Assembly (NCBI RefSeq): GCF_037042905.1
Contig: NC_087252.1
Span: 6,574,001-6,634,000, forward strand
Length of the DNA stretch: 60,000 nt
Direction of reading: 5' to 3'
Origin: Lytechinus pictus
Taxonomy: Eukaryota
The notes under the pieces are model-generated. The model saw nothing but the letters and a program-made list of their open reading frames with translations. It ran no database searches and had not been told where the DNA came from. The first letter of the stretch is position 1. Every line of letters starts with the position of its first letter. Made by a program: the position numbers and the translations under genes. Positions 1-13,300 of the stretch are shown piece by piece.

Positions 1-316
1 TTAAGCCATTCAATCTCAAGGAAAATTGTCAGAGCTGACAACCTGACAAATGTAAATGAAACACCTCTCATTGGAGAAGGTTATTGGATCCAACTTATTT
101 ACAAAACTTGAAAGTCAAAACTTTCTTGTTATAAACTTACACAAACTCTCATAAAATGTTTGGCCCCAAGTTGACCTTGCAGAAGATTTTTTTTTCCTTT
201 AAAGTATGTTAACCAGTGGCTGTTTGGAGCCTCTGTTGATTTATTTATGAAGTGATGCCAGGATTGGAAGAAGATAAATGCTGAGTGGGATTCCTTATGA
301 AAAATGAAAGACATAG

Positions 317-558
317 GGTGGTTTCAAGTTCAGTGTTGACCCTTTGGTGTTGGTGTTAAGTCAATTTTTACACGATTACAACACTAAACATAAAATGAAG
401 ATGGTCCCGAAAAGTCACTCACTGGTTGTTGAGATGTCAATAATGTGTTCTGGATCAGTTTTAAACTTTTACAAACTCTGAATAAGTTTTGGAGCTACAT
501 GTAGGGGTATCCAAATTCCAACACCAACACCAAGGCCAACACCGGACTTGAAACCACC
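317..558. mobile_element. MITE; second copy at ~59462-59692
   Basis: TIR GGTGGTTTCAAGT / ACTTGAAACCACC; internal sequence recurs near 59.5 kb. Confidence 0.75.
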
Positions 559-682
559 TATAGTTCACAGAGTGGATCAGGGGGGCATTTCATGAAGCAA
601 TTGGTCAGTGACTTTCACTGATGACTGTTATAAGCTGCTGAAATCCTTTTAAACTGATTGGTTGAGACCAGCTTATTCAGTT

Positions 683-1143
683 GGGGCTGTCATGGTCGAG
701 TGGTTTTGACTCTTGTCTTTCAATCAGAGGGGTTTGGGTTTGAATCCCAGCCACAGCGTGTTTTCCTTCAGTAAGAAATTTATCTGCATTGTGCTCTACT
801 CAACCCAGGTGGGTGTTTCATAAAGCTGTTCGCAAGATAAGAGCGACGTGAAGAAGGACTGGTGATCCTGTCTTTTGGTAAATGGTATGTACCATTGGCG
901 ATGGTATAGTGCGTAAGAAAGGTTCACCAGTCGTTCTTAAAGTCGCTCTTAACTTACTAACAGCTTTATGAAACGGCCCCCAGGTGAGGTGATTGGGTAC
1001 CCAGCAGGATTAATTCCTTGAATGCACTGAGCACTGGAAGGTAGCTCGAGCTAAAGCCAGGAAATAATATAATAGCGCTCCTCGGAATAGATTATTTACA
1101 GAAAGATGGCGCGATACAAATGCCTGTTATTATTATTATTATT
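683..1143 (+). mobile_element. tRNA-derived SINE (same family as 52678) interrupted by a palindromic MITE at ~812-978
   Basis: Degenerate A/B boxes, (TAT)n tail; insert GTTTCATAAAGCTG...CAGCTTTATGAAAC between two CCCAGGTG copies. Confidence 0.75.
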
Positions 1144-1232
1144 AAGCTACTGAAATCCATGAAGTTTCATGACATGCTTTACAGAATTCAGTTTCAGTGC
1201 CTTATCAGAGTTTGTTTTGCTTTCTTTGACAG

Positions 1233-1366
1233 CCTTCTATATTCAAATCTGTTCTGAGCCAAGAAACATGGGACTCTGCTCTGACTGATGAAGAGAGGGA
1301 GAGACTCATGAAACTCCTGCCACAATTCCCCGAAGATGACGAGGATGAAAAGCAAGAGACGTTAAG
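1233..1366 (+). CDS. NFRKB: NFRKB exon (DEUBAD: PSIFKSVLSQETWDSALTDEERERLMKLLPQFPEDDEDEKQETL)
   Basis: tttgacag acceptor, gtttgt donor, phase 0-2, DEUBAD-like peptide. Confidence 0.9.
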
Positions 1367-4300
1367 GTTTGTGGAGTATAATCACAGGTTTAGTTGATTA
1401 TGATGGGATGAATAAGTTTAAGAACTGCAAGAGGAGAAAAACTTGATAAGACACAATGAAAGAGGGACTTTGAAACATTGCATAAAGTGCTTTATAAATG
1501 TTGATTAATTAATGTTAATATAATTGCAGTAAAAATTACAGAGAGATTTAAGAGACTTGATATAAAGTGTATAAATGTAAAGTGTAAAATTTAACTAAAA
1601 ACTACAAATTGAACCTGAGAATAGAGCTCTATGTACCCTTTGTTCTCTCCAAAGCAATCAAGGTGACTTTGGTTAGTCATGGCCTCTACTATTTTCTGTT
1701 ATATATCATACCATATTATTTTTCTCCTTTCAGATGTCTCTTCGAACGAGGGAACTTCATGTTCGGCAACCCTCTGACTACATTCGAGGAGAGGTTGAGG
1801 GCGGGCTTCATGAATCCAGAGATCGTAGAAATGGAGCGAGGGTTACGTCGAGCTACTTACAAGGATTACAAGTTAAGTGAGCAGAGAAGACTTCACAGGT
1901 TGCTCAAGGAGGTTCTCATCTCAAGACAGGTTGGTGTTCTTGGTGATTTCTTTCCTTTAGGATAGATAACCTCCATTTTAGTGGGTATGAGAGTAATATA
2001 TGTAACCTACCACCCCAAAACCACCAATAAGTCACCAGGTAAGCTTCTCAGTAAGTACCCAAAATAGAAATTTTGTCTCCAAAAACCCAAAATTAAAAAA
2101 ATAGCTTATCTGAAAGAGAAATTCTTCTTCATACTATGAAAATTTGAAGTCTTGAAGTTGAATAAAAGAAAACATACAAGAGTTTCTTGGACAATACTTT
2201 TTCGGATTGCTTGGAAGTTTCACTGAGATTACACAGTATGCACATCTCATGCTTGAGTGAATCCTGACCTTGTTTCTCCTTATTTTTAAAGCTCTTGCTG
2301 AATTTCCTCTGCATTCAATCAAGTACTTTTAATGGTTATTGTTGGTCAATTTTAACATATTATGTATCATTTTAAAGCTTAGGAAAAGAATTTTTGAGCT
2401 CAACAAAATTCATTTTGGTTGACTTACTGTTGATGTTGTGGTGTCAGGTCACACATTTTATATAGGCATGTGAAGTTGTGCTAAGCCCTAATAAATACTA
2501 GTGCTAGAGCACTAATCCTATCCTAGTGAGATAGCACAAATCCACCGGCATATAATCTTTTTTTTTGTATATAAAACAAGCGCACACCTAGTTATCAAGG
2601 AAGCATATCACATTTCCATTTATTTGAATGTAGGATAAAAGAGCACTGTCGATTCAATGCCTTGCTTACAGGCATAGGTGCCATGGCAGGGGATCAACCC
2701 CAAACTTTCAATTGTCTAGTCAGGCGCCTTAGTCCACTCTGCCGCGGTACCTATCCCTGTGAGCAAGGCATTTAATTGACAGTTATTATTAATGAAGGGT
2801 TTAATTTATAAAACTTCCAACCAATTGTTTAAGCTGTATATATATATATGTGATGACAAGTTTACTTGTACCAAACGCTCTTGAGGTGTGAGTATGAAAC
2901 ATAATGAGATGAGGCCAACTCAAAAGATGACGCCGGACACCATTTTAGCTTTAGCTTTCATCTTTAATAAGACTTCGTCAGAAGCGTCTGAAAAATATAA
3001 GGAGATACAACATCCAAGTTTGTCTTGCACATCAATGAATTATCATTAAGTTGAATATTACATAATATTACATAATCTCATTAGAAAGATGAATGAATGA
3101 ATAGATTAATTAATTAATAAATAACAAATAATTAATTCGATTGAAATAATAATTATGTAAATGAAGAAGACATACAGACCCAGTCAGCAATCTTTGAGCA
3201 TAGTTTACACTCGATTTTACACTCGAGCAAGAACAAAGGAAATGGTCCAGTGAATCTATTGTTCTATTGTTCTGGCTTGGTCACTCTATTGTTCTGGACC
3301 CGAGTGTAAATTTGAGTGGAAAACTATGCTCAAAGATTGCTGACTGCCACTGTACCTGTAATTACAGACTATTGTGGTAGTAAAGTAAATATTATAATAT
3401 ATATATACATTTATTATGTTGATAGTATTTGTTGGGTGACCATATTATCTTCCAACATTCTTCCAGTCACACAGAAATATGTCCTGTATTACTGAATGTG
3501 AGTGAGTTGTCTATTGGCCCTCTGCAGGCAAAAATTATTATTTTATTTTATGTTATTTTTTTTTTTTTTTGGGGGGGGGAGGGGGGAGCTACTTTTTACA
3601 ATTTGCTGTCTAAATCTGCGATATATGATAGGCTTTAACATTGCGATGAATGGGGATTTTCCAGGGCTCTTTTGAGTATTTCGGAGGCGAAATCACCCCG
3701 AGCTTCTTAGTAATTTTATTCCTGGCTGTCTGCCATGCCGTTGTATTTTTATTCATTTATATGTTTGTATATCTTTGTACTTTTTTTTTACATAGGAGCT
3801 ATTAGAAGCAGCCATTTTTACTTCCCCCTCTGCTGCTGTTCCAGTCAAAAGAAGATTGTACAGAAATGACAAAGCTGTAGATGCCGTAGTTGAAAAGAAA
3901 TACAGAAAGTAAGTAAGGCTGGAATTAAAGGGATGGTCCGGGCTGAAAATATTTATATCTTAATATATAGAGTAGAATTCACTGAGCAAAATGCCGAAAA
4001 TTTCATCAAAATCAGATAACAAATAATAAAGTTATTGAAGTTTAAAGTTTAGCAATATTTTGTAAAAACAGTCATTATGAATCCCTTTAATAGAGAAAAA
4101 AGAAAATTAAATGATATTGTCATTGTTTAAAGCCCTGAAATCTGACTAGTTTTCATCGCATAATTTTTCAACCACCCCGCTCGCTGACTTTTTACTTCCA
4201 AATCTCGCGCAACGTTTGAGACCAAATTTGCGATATCCGGGTACCCGGCTCAAAAAAAAAATATGTTAAAAAAATATGTGGCAAATAGTGGGAATAAGTG

Positions 4301-7300
4301 AACATGTAGAAGATTGTACAGAAATGACAAAGCTGTAGATGCCGTAGTTGACAAGAAATACAGAAAGTAAGTCAGGCTGGAATTAATAGAGAAAAAAGAA
4401 AATTAAATGATATTGTCATTGGTTAAAGCCCTGAAATCTGACTAGTTTTCATCGCATAATTTTTCAACCACCCCGCTCGCTGACTTTTTACTTCCAAATC
4501 TCGCGCAACGTTTGAGACCAAATTTGCGATATCCGGGTACCCGGCTCAAAAAAAAAAATCTGTTAAAAAATCTGTGGCAAATAGTGGGAATAAGTGAAAA
4601 TGTAGAAGATTGTACAGAAATGACAAAGCTGTAGATGCCGTAGTTGACAAGAAATACAGAAAGTAAGTAAGGCTGGAATTAATAGAGAAAAAAGAAAATT
4701 AAATGATATTGTCATTGTTTAAAGCCCTGAAATCTGACTAGTTTTCATCGCATAATTTTTCAACCACCCCGCTCGCTGACTTTTTACTTCCAAATCTCGC
4801 GCAACGTTTGAGACCAAATTTGCGATATCCGGGTACCCGGGTACCCGGCTCTGTGGCAAATAGTGGGAATAAGTGAAAATAATAAATCAGCATATTACAT
4901 AAATAGATAAAGAAAGAATGCGAAGATAGCAAAAAAAATGAAAGGTGTCAGTTAACAGAGGATTGAAATAGATAGTATGAAAGAAATAGCCAGTGGGACA
5001 TTTTTGCTTCAGATAAGCTAGTGAAATTCTGAAAGATAAAACAATTATAAAATAACGTCTTACCACTCCAAGAAATTGATCATTGTAAACAATCATTTTA
5101 CATGTATATATTTATTCAATATGATTTTTATCTTCTTCATTTTCTGTTTTGTAGGATGCTTGCATCAGCAAAGGAAGGGGACACAGTAAGTTTTTTAAAT
5201 CCATAATTGCTTTTTTGAAGAAAATTTATGATAAATGTGAATAAAATTACCCTCCTATTTCATTGTATGAATAAGAATTGTTTGATAATCTGCAATTTAT
5301 AATGAATGACTGTAACCTTTAAAATATATTACATATATGGGCAGTATTATTTGTTTATTCTTTTACTCTTAATTTTGCATAATGAGATTTTTTATCCCCT
5401 TCTGTGTTCAAGCTAGGTTAGACACAGGCATGACTTTTCTCATCAGATATTGAAAAATATATATTTCTTTCTGGTTGGGAATTCATGTTAAAATGTATTT
5501 GCAACCATCTCAATTGTGCTTGCACTGGCAAACTAGGGTGTGATATTGATGTTAAACAAATGTCAGAAATTAAAAAATCAAGAAAATAAAAAAGGTTTCC
5601 TGTATTATAAGTTTATTATTATACCCTCAAACTGTTAATTGATATACTGGATTAAAACATGAATTTTCAATAAATACATTTTTTTTTCAGCAGGATGAGG
5701 AACCCTCCCCATCCTGTCCCAGCCCCCATGAAGTTCGGTCTCTGCACTTTCTCGCAAGCAACAATATTATTCCCTTTATTTTTGATAGTCTCTGTCTCAT
5801 GCCTGTATGCTGCTTATGTCATAATCTTAACACAAAGGCCAACATCAATCTTGATATCACTGTGTTTGTGAAGAAATAACTTGTTTTTATTTTATTTTGA
5901 ATATAGACTCCTGATTCATCAGATGATGGAGACAGTAGATCAGGTCAGTATGTAAATAATAATACTAATATAGTCAAATCTGCCTTTTGTTTATTTCAGG
6001 TGGGGGATACATGTATATCGATGTTGAAGGTTGTATGAACTTGATTGCTAGTACTCTATAGTTCCACATATGCAAAATAATTCACTTCTTTACTCAACAG
6101 TACATACATGTGGGCCCATATTTTATTTAATACAGATTTAGATATAATTATGTTTCATTACATCAAGTACACTAATAAAATCCAATCCAATGCATGCTTT
6201 TGGCGAAGGGTGCTATAAAGGGTGTGTGATACTACGAGAAATCTGTATAAACTGTTGTTTTGTACCATGGTACAATTGAAACCTATTTTGAAAATTTAGA
6301 AACATGAATTATATTTATAAAAGTGTAAAAATTATATAAAATATGAAATTTATAATTATCTTTTCACACCAAAAGCTGGAAAAGAGTACTAGTATTCAAA
6401 ATGAACTTGCAATCTTTTGTGCCATACTTGCAATGAGCACTTGATATTGCTCATCATGCATGAAGTTTAAAGTAGAACTATATTGAAAATCGTAAAAATG
6501 GAGAATCATATATCAAATTAAAGGAGAAAATAAGGAGAACACGATGGTTGTAAATCATTTATCATGGAGACCGATGGAACTCAGTTAATTGATAGTTTAA
6601 AGTTCTCTCTCTGAATGCTTCAAACACGCAGAATTACGTCCGCGAAATTGGGGATTTTTTTATGACGTCACTTTCTGTACGAGAGGCGTGATTGGCTCTC
6701 CAACGTGAAGCTCCACTTGCATGCAAAACCTGTTGCGAGGGTACGTTTTCTCTACATTGTCACTGAATACTTCGTTCCCGAAATGAAAGAAAACCCAGAA
6801 TTTTATCTAGATTTGGATTTTCAAATGGATGATTATGAAGATGAAGAGAATGATGATGAAGTTTCTAGCTCTAGAAAAACAAAGTGACATGGATAGAGGT
6901 ATACATTAGGGGAATTACGCCGGTGATTATGAGTCGGACAATTCAACTTGCATGCCGATTCGCTACCAACACATGCAGCTGATAGCTGCTCCGCGGGTCA
7001 AATCCATGAAAATTAATTCCATCACGACCACATCCAGACAGAGTCTCTTTCTTCTATCAACAACATAATGAGAATGAAAATAATGATATAACTGTACTTA
7101 CAAACAAGTGAATATATCCGAACCTAGGCTGAAGGTAAATCAACTCAAAGAATAGCAGCAGACGATATGCACCGACGATGAATTTCACGTGGCTGGGAGA
7201 TTGTCACTCGTTCTGTTAGATAAAATTTCTGTCATTATTTTGACTAAATTACGAAACTCTGAGAATTAGTATTCTACATAAAAATTAAGTAACACCTGGT

Positions 7301-10300
7301 ACTATATTTTTTGAATTACGCTAAAACCTTTTTGAAGCAAAGAAAATGAGGTGAATTAAAATTAGATATAAAAGATCATCCGCCTAGCTCGCATTCGATT
7401 GTAAACAATCAGCAAGGCGAGCACATAGAGTTGGATAAAGATACGCTTTATCCAACTTTATGGGCGAGCAAGCCACTGAACTGAAAATACATATTTTCAG
7501 TTCAGTGGAGCAAGCTGGCCATGTGCTTTTGATTGTTTGTTTACAATCGCATGCGGCTAAGTGGATGATCCTTTATATCTTATTTTAATTTACCTCAATT
7601 TCTTTGCTTCAAAAATATTTTATCGTAATTCAAATAATAGTACCAGGTGCTACTTAATTTTCATGTAGAATACTAATTCTCCGAGTTTCGTAATTTAGTC
7701 AAAAAAATGAGATATACATTTTATCTAACAGAACGAGTGACAATCTATTCCAGCCACGTGAAATTCATCGTCGGTGCATATCGTCTGCTGCTATTCTTTG
7801 AGTTGATTTACCTTCAGCCTAGGTTCGGATATATTCACTTATTTGTAAGTACAGTTATTTTATTATTTTCCTTCTCATTATGTTGTTGATAGAGGAAAGA
7901 GACTCTGTCTGGATGTGGTCATGCTGCATGGAATTCATTTTCATGGATTTGACCCGCGGTGCAGCTAGCAGCTGCATGCGTTGATAGCGAATCGGCTTGC
8001 AAGTTGAATTGTCCTACTCATCACCACCGGCGTAATTCCCTTAATTTACCACCATCCACGTCACTTTGTTTTTCTAGAGTTAGAAACTTTATCATCATTC
8101 TCTTCATCTGCATAATCATCAATTTGAAAATCCAAATCTAGATAAACGTCTGGGTTTTCTTTCATTTCATGATCGAAGTATTCAGTGTCAGTGTGGAGAA
8201 AACGTACCCTCGCAACAGGTTTTGCATGCAAATGGAGCTTGACGTGGGAGAGCCAATCACGCCTCTCGTACAGACAGTGACGTCATCAAATTCGAGTCAA
8301 TTCAGAGACCGATGCGAGGCATATTTCGGGGAGAGGCATTTTAGCGCTTTTTAATTGGCGATTTCCACCTTATGTATTATTTTCGTTATTTTTGAATGAC
8401 CTAATGGTAATCCTCACATCATTACCTCTCCACTGATATATAATAAGGCCATATTCATAATCAATATATTTCTCCTTTAACGATTTTGTTGAACTTTGGT
8501 TCACAACACAAAAAACAGAAAATAACGAAGAGTTACCTCGAAATTTTCAGCTGCTAACTGCAACCTTCGTCAGCGATGTGACCCGATTTGACCTTAGTGA
8601 CGTAATGGTCGATGATCGGGTCATAGACATTCGGAAGCTTGTATCGCCCCCGTCTCTGTTGAGAGAATGCATGAAGTTTGTTAAAAGTTACAATAATATT
8701 TTCAATTAAGAATTTTTTTCAAAAAAAAAAAAATCTTCTAATTGTACAAGTTCCATATTTTAACAGAAATCAATGGCTTCCACCCAATACCAAGAGACAT
8801 CTCAGAACTAGACCAGCTCCTGGAACCAAGGTGGACCGACTTCTGGCCCTATGACCTAGACCAGCAGGAGGAAGTCCACACACATTCGACCTTTGACCCA
8901 AAGCCAGTGCAGGCTGATGGGATAGATACCCAAGGTGAGACCATGGATGTTTGATGGAATGGATAGATGGTCCTTGATTGTCATTCAGCCATCTTGTGTG
9001 TAACTATTGAAAGGATGTTGCTCTGATCTAAAGGCTTTTATTATTATTATTATCATTATTTGTTTGGCGTCACCTGTGCCCAGGAGGTGAAATGCGAACT
9101 GAATCACTATGACCTGCAGGTCTCTCCTCCCGATTTAAGTGATTGGGGGAGTGCAGGTGGACCACTACACGGGGGTTTCCCACTACTGTTATGTGAATAG
9201 TGCAGTGGGTTCTTAATGTGCATAGGTGGTGACTCTCCTCTACATGAGGCTTCCATTTAACGTCCTATCCGAGGGACAGTGTTTTCCACTGTAACATAGC
9301 CTGCATCTATGAAACATGGGAGAGACGTTTACACACAACCCACTGGCTTCAGTCATCCGCCCGGGGTGGACTCGAACCCACGATCTTTGGTTCGACGGCA
9401 GACGCGTTACCGACTGAGCCAACAATGCTCTCTATTGAAATTTGTTTTTAATAGACACTAGAGGTGAACCCATTCATGTTTGATGCAATGGGTAGATGGT
9501 CTTTGAATTTCAGTCATCTTGTGTGAATTATTGTGTGTATATTCCCATATTATCACACCCAAAGTGTGGTTGCAGCAGTTATCCACAAAAATCAACAGAT
9601 TTGACTTCCATTCCAGTTTCACTCAGTCTAGACTGATTACTTGACCTGTGATCTCTTGAACTTTGATCTCTTGACCTTTGATCTCTTAGACAATTAATCT
9701 CTTGAACTTTGATCTCTTAACCTTTGATCTCTTCAGCAATGTATTTCTTTACCTTTGATCTCTTGACCTTTGATCTCCTGACCTTTGATCTCTTCACATC
9801 TGAACTCTTGAACTTTGATCTCTTGACCATTGATCCCTTGAACTTTGATCTCTTGACCATTGATCTCTTGACCATTAATCTCTTGACTTTTGATCTCTAG
9901 GAAAGGCAGCGATACCCATCAAATCATCCTCACCGGTGAGATTGAGCCAACAGCAGTACATTAAACTTCTAGAGAACTACCAAGACCGCACTGAAGACGA
10001 ACATCTGAGGGTAAGGCTCGCCAAAATATATTATTTCTGTGATACGATTTTTAGAAAAATTCAAATTTTGATATTGTTACAATGACATGTGCAATGTGCT
10101 AAGTTCTGGCCTACATGTCATATCTGACTTTCATTTGTACTTGTAGCTGATGGACACAAATGAAGAAGTCAATTCATTTCAGAATTTTGAGAATAAACTA
10201 AGGCAAATGTGACATCGTGGTTTGGCTGATTACCTCTCGTCCGATGATAATGTAAGAGATGGCAGCACAAGACATATAGCTTTATGTATATTATATGCAT

Positions 10301-13300
10301 TTTCAGCGCTTTTTTACAAGTCTGGTTTTGGCTTATGTTATGCCCTTCCAAAGTTCAAGACATACTCAAGTTGGCTATGTTGCCAATTTTATTTATTTAT
10401 TTTATTTTTTTAATGTTTTTATTGAACAAATCAAAACAGATCACAAACAATCACAAGCAATCAAAACATTTACAAAATATTGTATCATTAAATAAAACAA
10501 AACAAAAAAGAGGAAATAAAAGAAAAATAAAATACAAAGGCAGCCTTTTATATCCAATCCTACATCATCTCTAATCACTTATGGTTATCATGTAGGATTT
10601 TATTAATAAAAGAAATCAAACTTTTGAATTATCAAGATGGAGCAGTCACACCTGTCCCAATATTAAAAGTGTCATTGTAGAGAATCTTGATAAAACATAA
10701 AATAAATTAATCTGTGATATAACCTCTGCAAACAAGGGCAAAAGTTGCATGATAAGACAAAATCATACAATAGGAGGCATGCAAGCCTGCTGGGAAAAAT
10801 TATACACAAAACACGACAAAACTTAATTTCACATAAACAATGTGCACATTCTTAAAAAGCATATACAATATAGGGGTGATCACAATTGGAATCTCCACTT
10901 TTGGAAGTGACAAGAAAGAATGTTATTTTTCTTAGCAATTGAATATTCAAGGTCTTTGCTGGTTTTTACATAACATTTATTACCTTCAAAGTTAGGTGGT
11001 TTGCTCTGAAATTTACAAATGTAAACATAGTATTTGAGCAAAAGAAATAAATATGTGAGAAATTTATCAGAAAGTAAACCAAACATTTTCTCAAATGCAG
11101 AGATAATTAGCCTCTTATTAGTTTTCTGGGTGATAACCTTCAGAGTTTCCTCCCATAAACGTTTAATAGTGGGGCATTCAATGAAAATGTGAATATAGGT
11201 TTCAGGCTCTGTATCACAAAAACAACAATTTGGGGAATCTATTCTCTTTATTTTATTCAGAAAATCGTTTAGACCTATTGCTCTATGGAATAATTTAAAA
11301 TAAAAAGAACGAATACGTGTGCTTAAAGTCGATTGAAAGTTATTAAGGTGAATCTTTTCCCAATCAACTCCGTCAGTATCCGAGAGAGCGTTCCAAAATG
11401 AAATTTGACGTTCAGGAAGGGTGGTGTCTAACAAAATTTGTAACTATATTTTGGAACTTTTTTGATTTCAGGAGCTGTTCTTTAATTTCCTGAAATAAAC
11501 CATCAGGAGTGTAATTGGAGGTAACCAAGAAATCATGTGGTATATTTTTCATTAAAAAGCTGTATTTACGCCTATCGTTTTGGCTAATATCAAAGTCAAG
11601 AATAAGTTCTTCAAAAAGTTTACAGCCTGGGAGGGGAGGATTTAATAGATCACTTATGTAAACAATGCCTTTATCAAACCAATCCTCATATACAAAGTAT
11701 TTCTTTGATAATTTGGAAAATGTATTTTTATTAAACCAAACACATTGACAAGATCCAATTGAGGAATAGGGCATATTAAATTCCTGTTTAGTATATTTTT
11801 CTCTGAAAGTGTACCAAGTTTGAAAAGTTTCAGCCAATTGGGTTAACCCCATCTTATGTAATACAGAGCTAGGGGCGTGAGTTTTCCATAATATATCTTT
11901 TCTACTGTTAAAATTGATTAAAGCAGATGTCTCAATTGACTTCCACATGGATTGATAATTATCATCAAGGAGCATTATAACCCATGACATTTTTTGTGCA
12001 ATTGAGAAGATGCACGGATCAAACATTTTAAACCACCAAAAGAATAGTCGTTCCACATGAGATTTCTTTTGACCCTATCACTGCCACCATTCCACACAAA
12101 TTTGTACAACATGCTGTTTAGTTTAAGAAAAAAAATCTTAGGTATTTTGATACATAAAACAGAAAAGTAATATAGGAGTTGTGGCAGCAATAGGGTCTTT
12201 ATGACACAGATTTCCCCAACTAAAGACAAATTTCTTGCACGCCAACAATTAAGCCTATTCTCAATGGATTTTAGTTTCAGTTTGTGATTGAGATCATATA
12301 AACGGTCTGAGGATAAAGAAAATGTAACCCCAAGAGTACTGTATTAAAAGTAGACTTCTTCCATTAAAGACCTCTTTCACAAAATGGAAACTTTTGGCTA
12401 CCTCTCAGAGAACCAATCCATATTGCTTCTGATTTTGATATGTTTAGTTTGCACCCTGAGCATTGAGAAAAAAAGTAATAGTGTCAAATAATGAATTAAA
12501 AAAATTATCAGACCCATCAGCAAAGCAAGTAGAGTCGTCTGCTAATAAGGAAATTTTCAAATCTTTGTCTGCAGATGGGATACCTTTTATATTGGAGTTC
12601 TGTCTGATGGCAAGAGCCATGGTTTCAATAACTAAAAGGAATAAATATGGGGAGATGGGGCACCCTTGGAAGATGCCCCTCTCCATGTTGATTGGCGAGG
12701 TCAAATGTCCATAATTTGAATCATAACTTCTCCTGTTGGAGTAAAATGTTCGCATCCAATCAAAAAAATTATTGCTCAAGTTGAATTTTTTTAGGACACT
12801 AAAAAGAAAATTATGTGAGACGCTGTCAAAAGCTTTTTGAATGTCTAGTAACAGTATTGCACCAGGAATTTGATTGATTTCCGTATACTCAATAATGTCA
12901 ATGATCAATCGGACGTTATTTCCAATAAAACGGCCTGTTAAAAACCAGACTGGTCCGAGTGTATCAAATCTGAAAGATGTTTTTTAAGACGGTTGGATAG
13001 TCTTTGCTAAGATTTTGTAATCGACTGTTAAAAGGGAAATGGGTCTGAAATTTTTCAAATACCAGGGATCTTTGTCTTTCTTTGGGATCAAAGTAATTAC
13101 TCCATTCCTTCGAAAGGGAGACATCAGCCCATTTTGCAATGAGAAATTAAAAGAGGATAGCAGCAAATCAGAAATATCTTTCCAAAATACAATATAGATG
13201 TCGACAGGTAAACCATCTAGACCGGGCGATTTATTATGCTTCATTGAGGTTATCGTTTCTAATAATTCCTTTTTTGTAATAGGTTTATCCAGACCATGTT

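Noticed and set aside
5691..5760. Possible extra NFRKB exon after tttttcagcag
   Set aside because: Good acceptor but no convincing donor, and the flanking exons already join in frame.
6705..6887. Acidic 60-aa ORF in the palindrome arm
   Set aside because: Short, GTG start, no recognisable domain, and the mirrored arm carries substitutions and indels across it.
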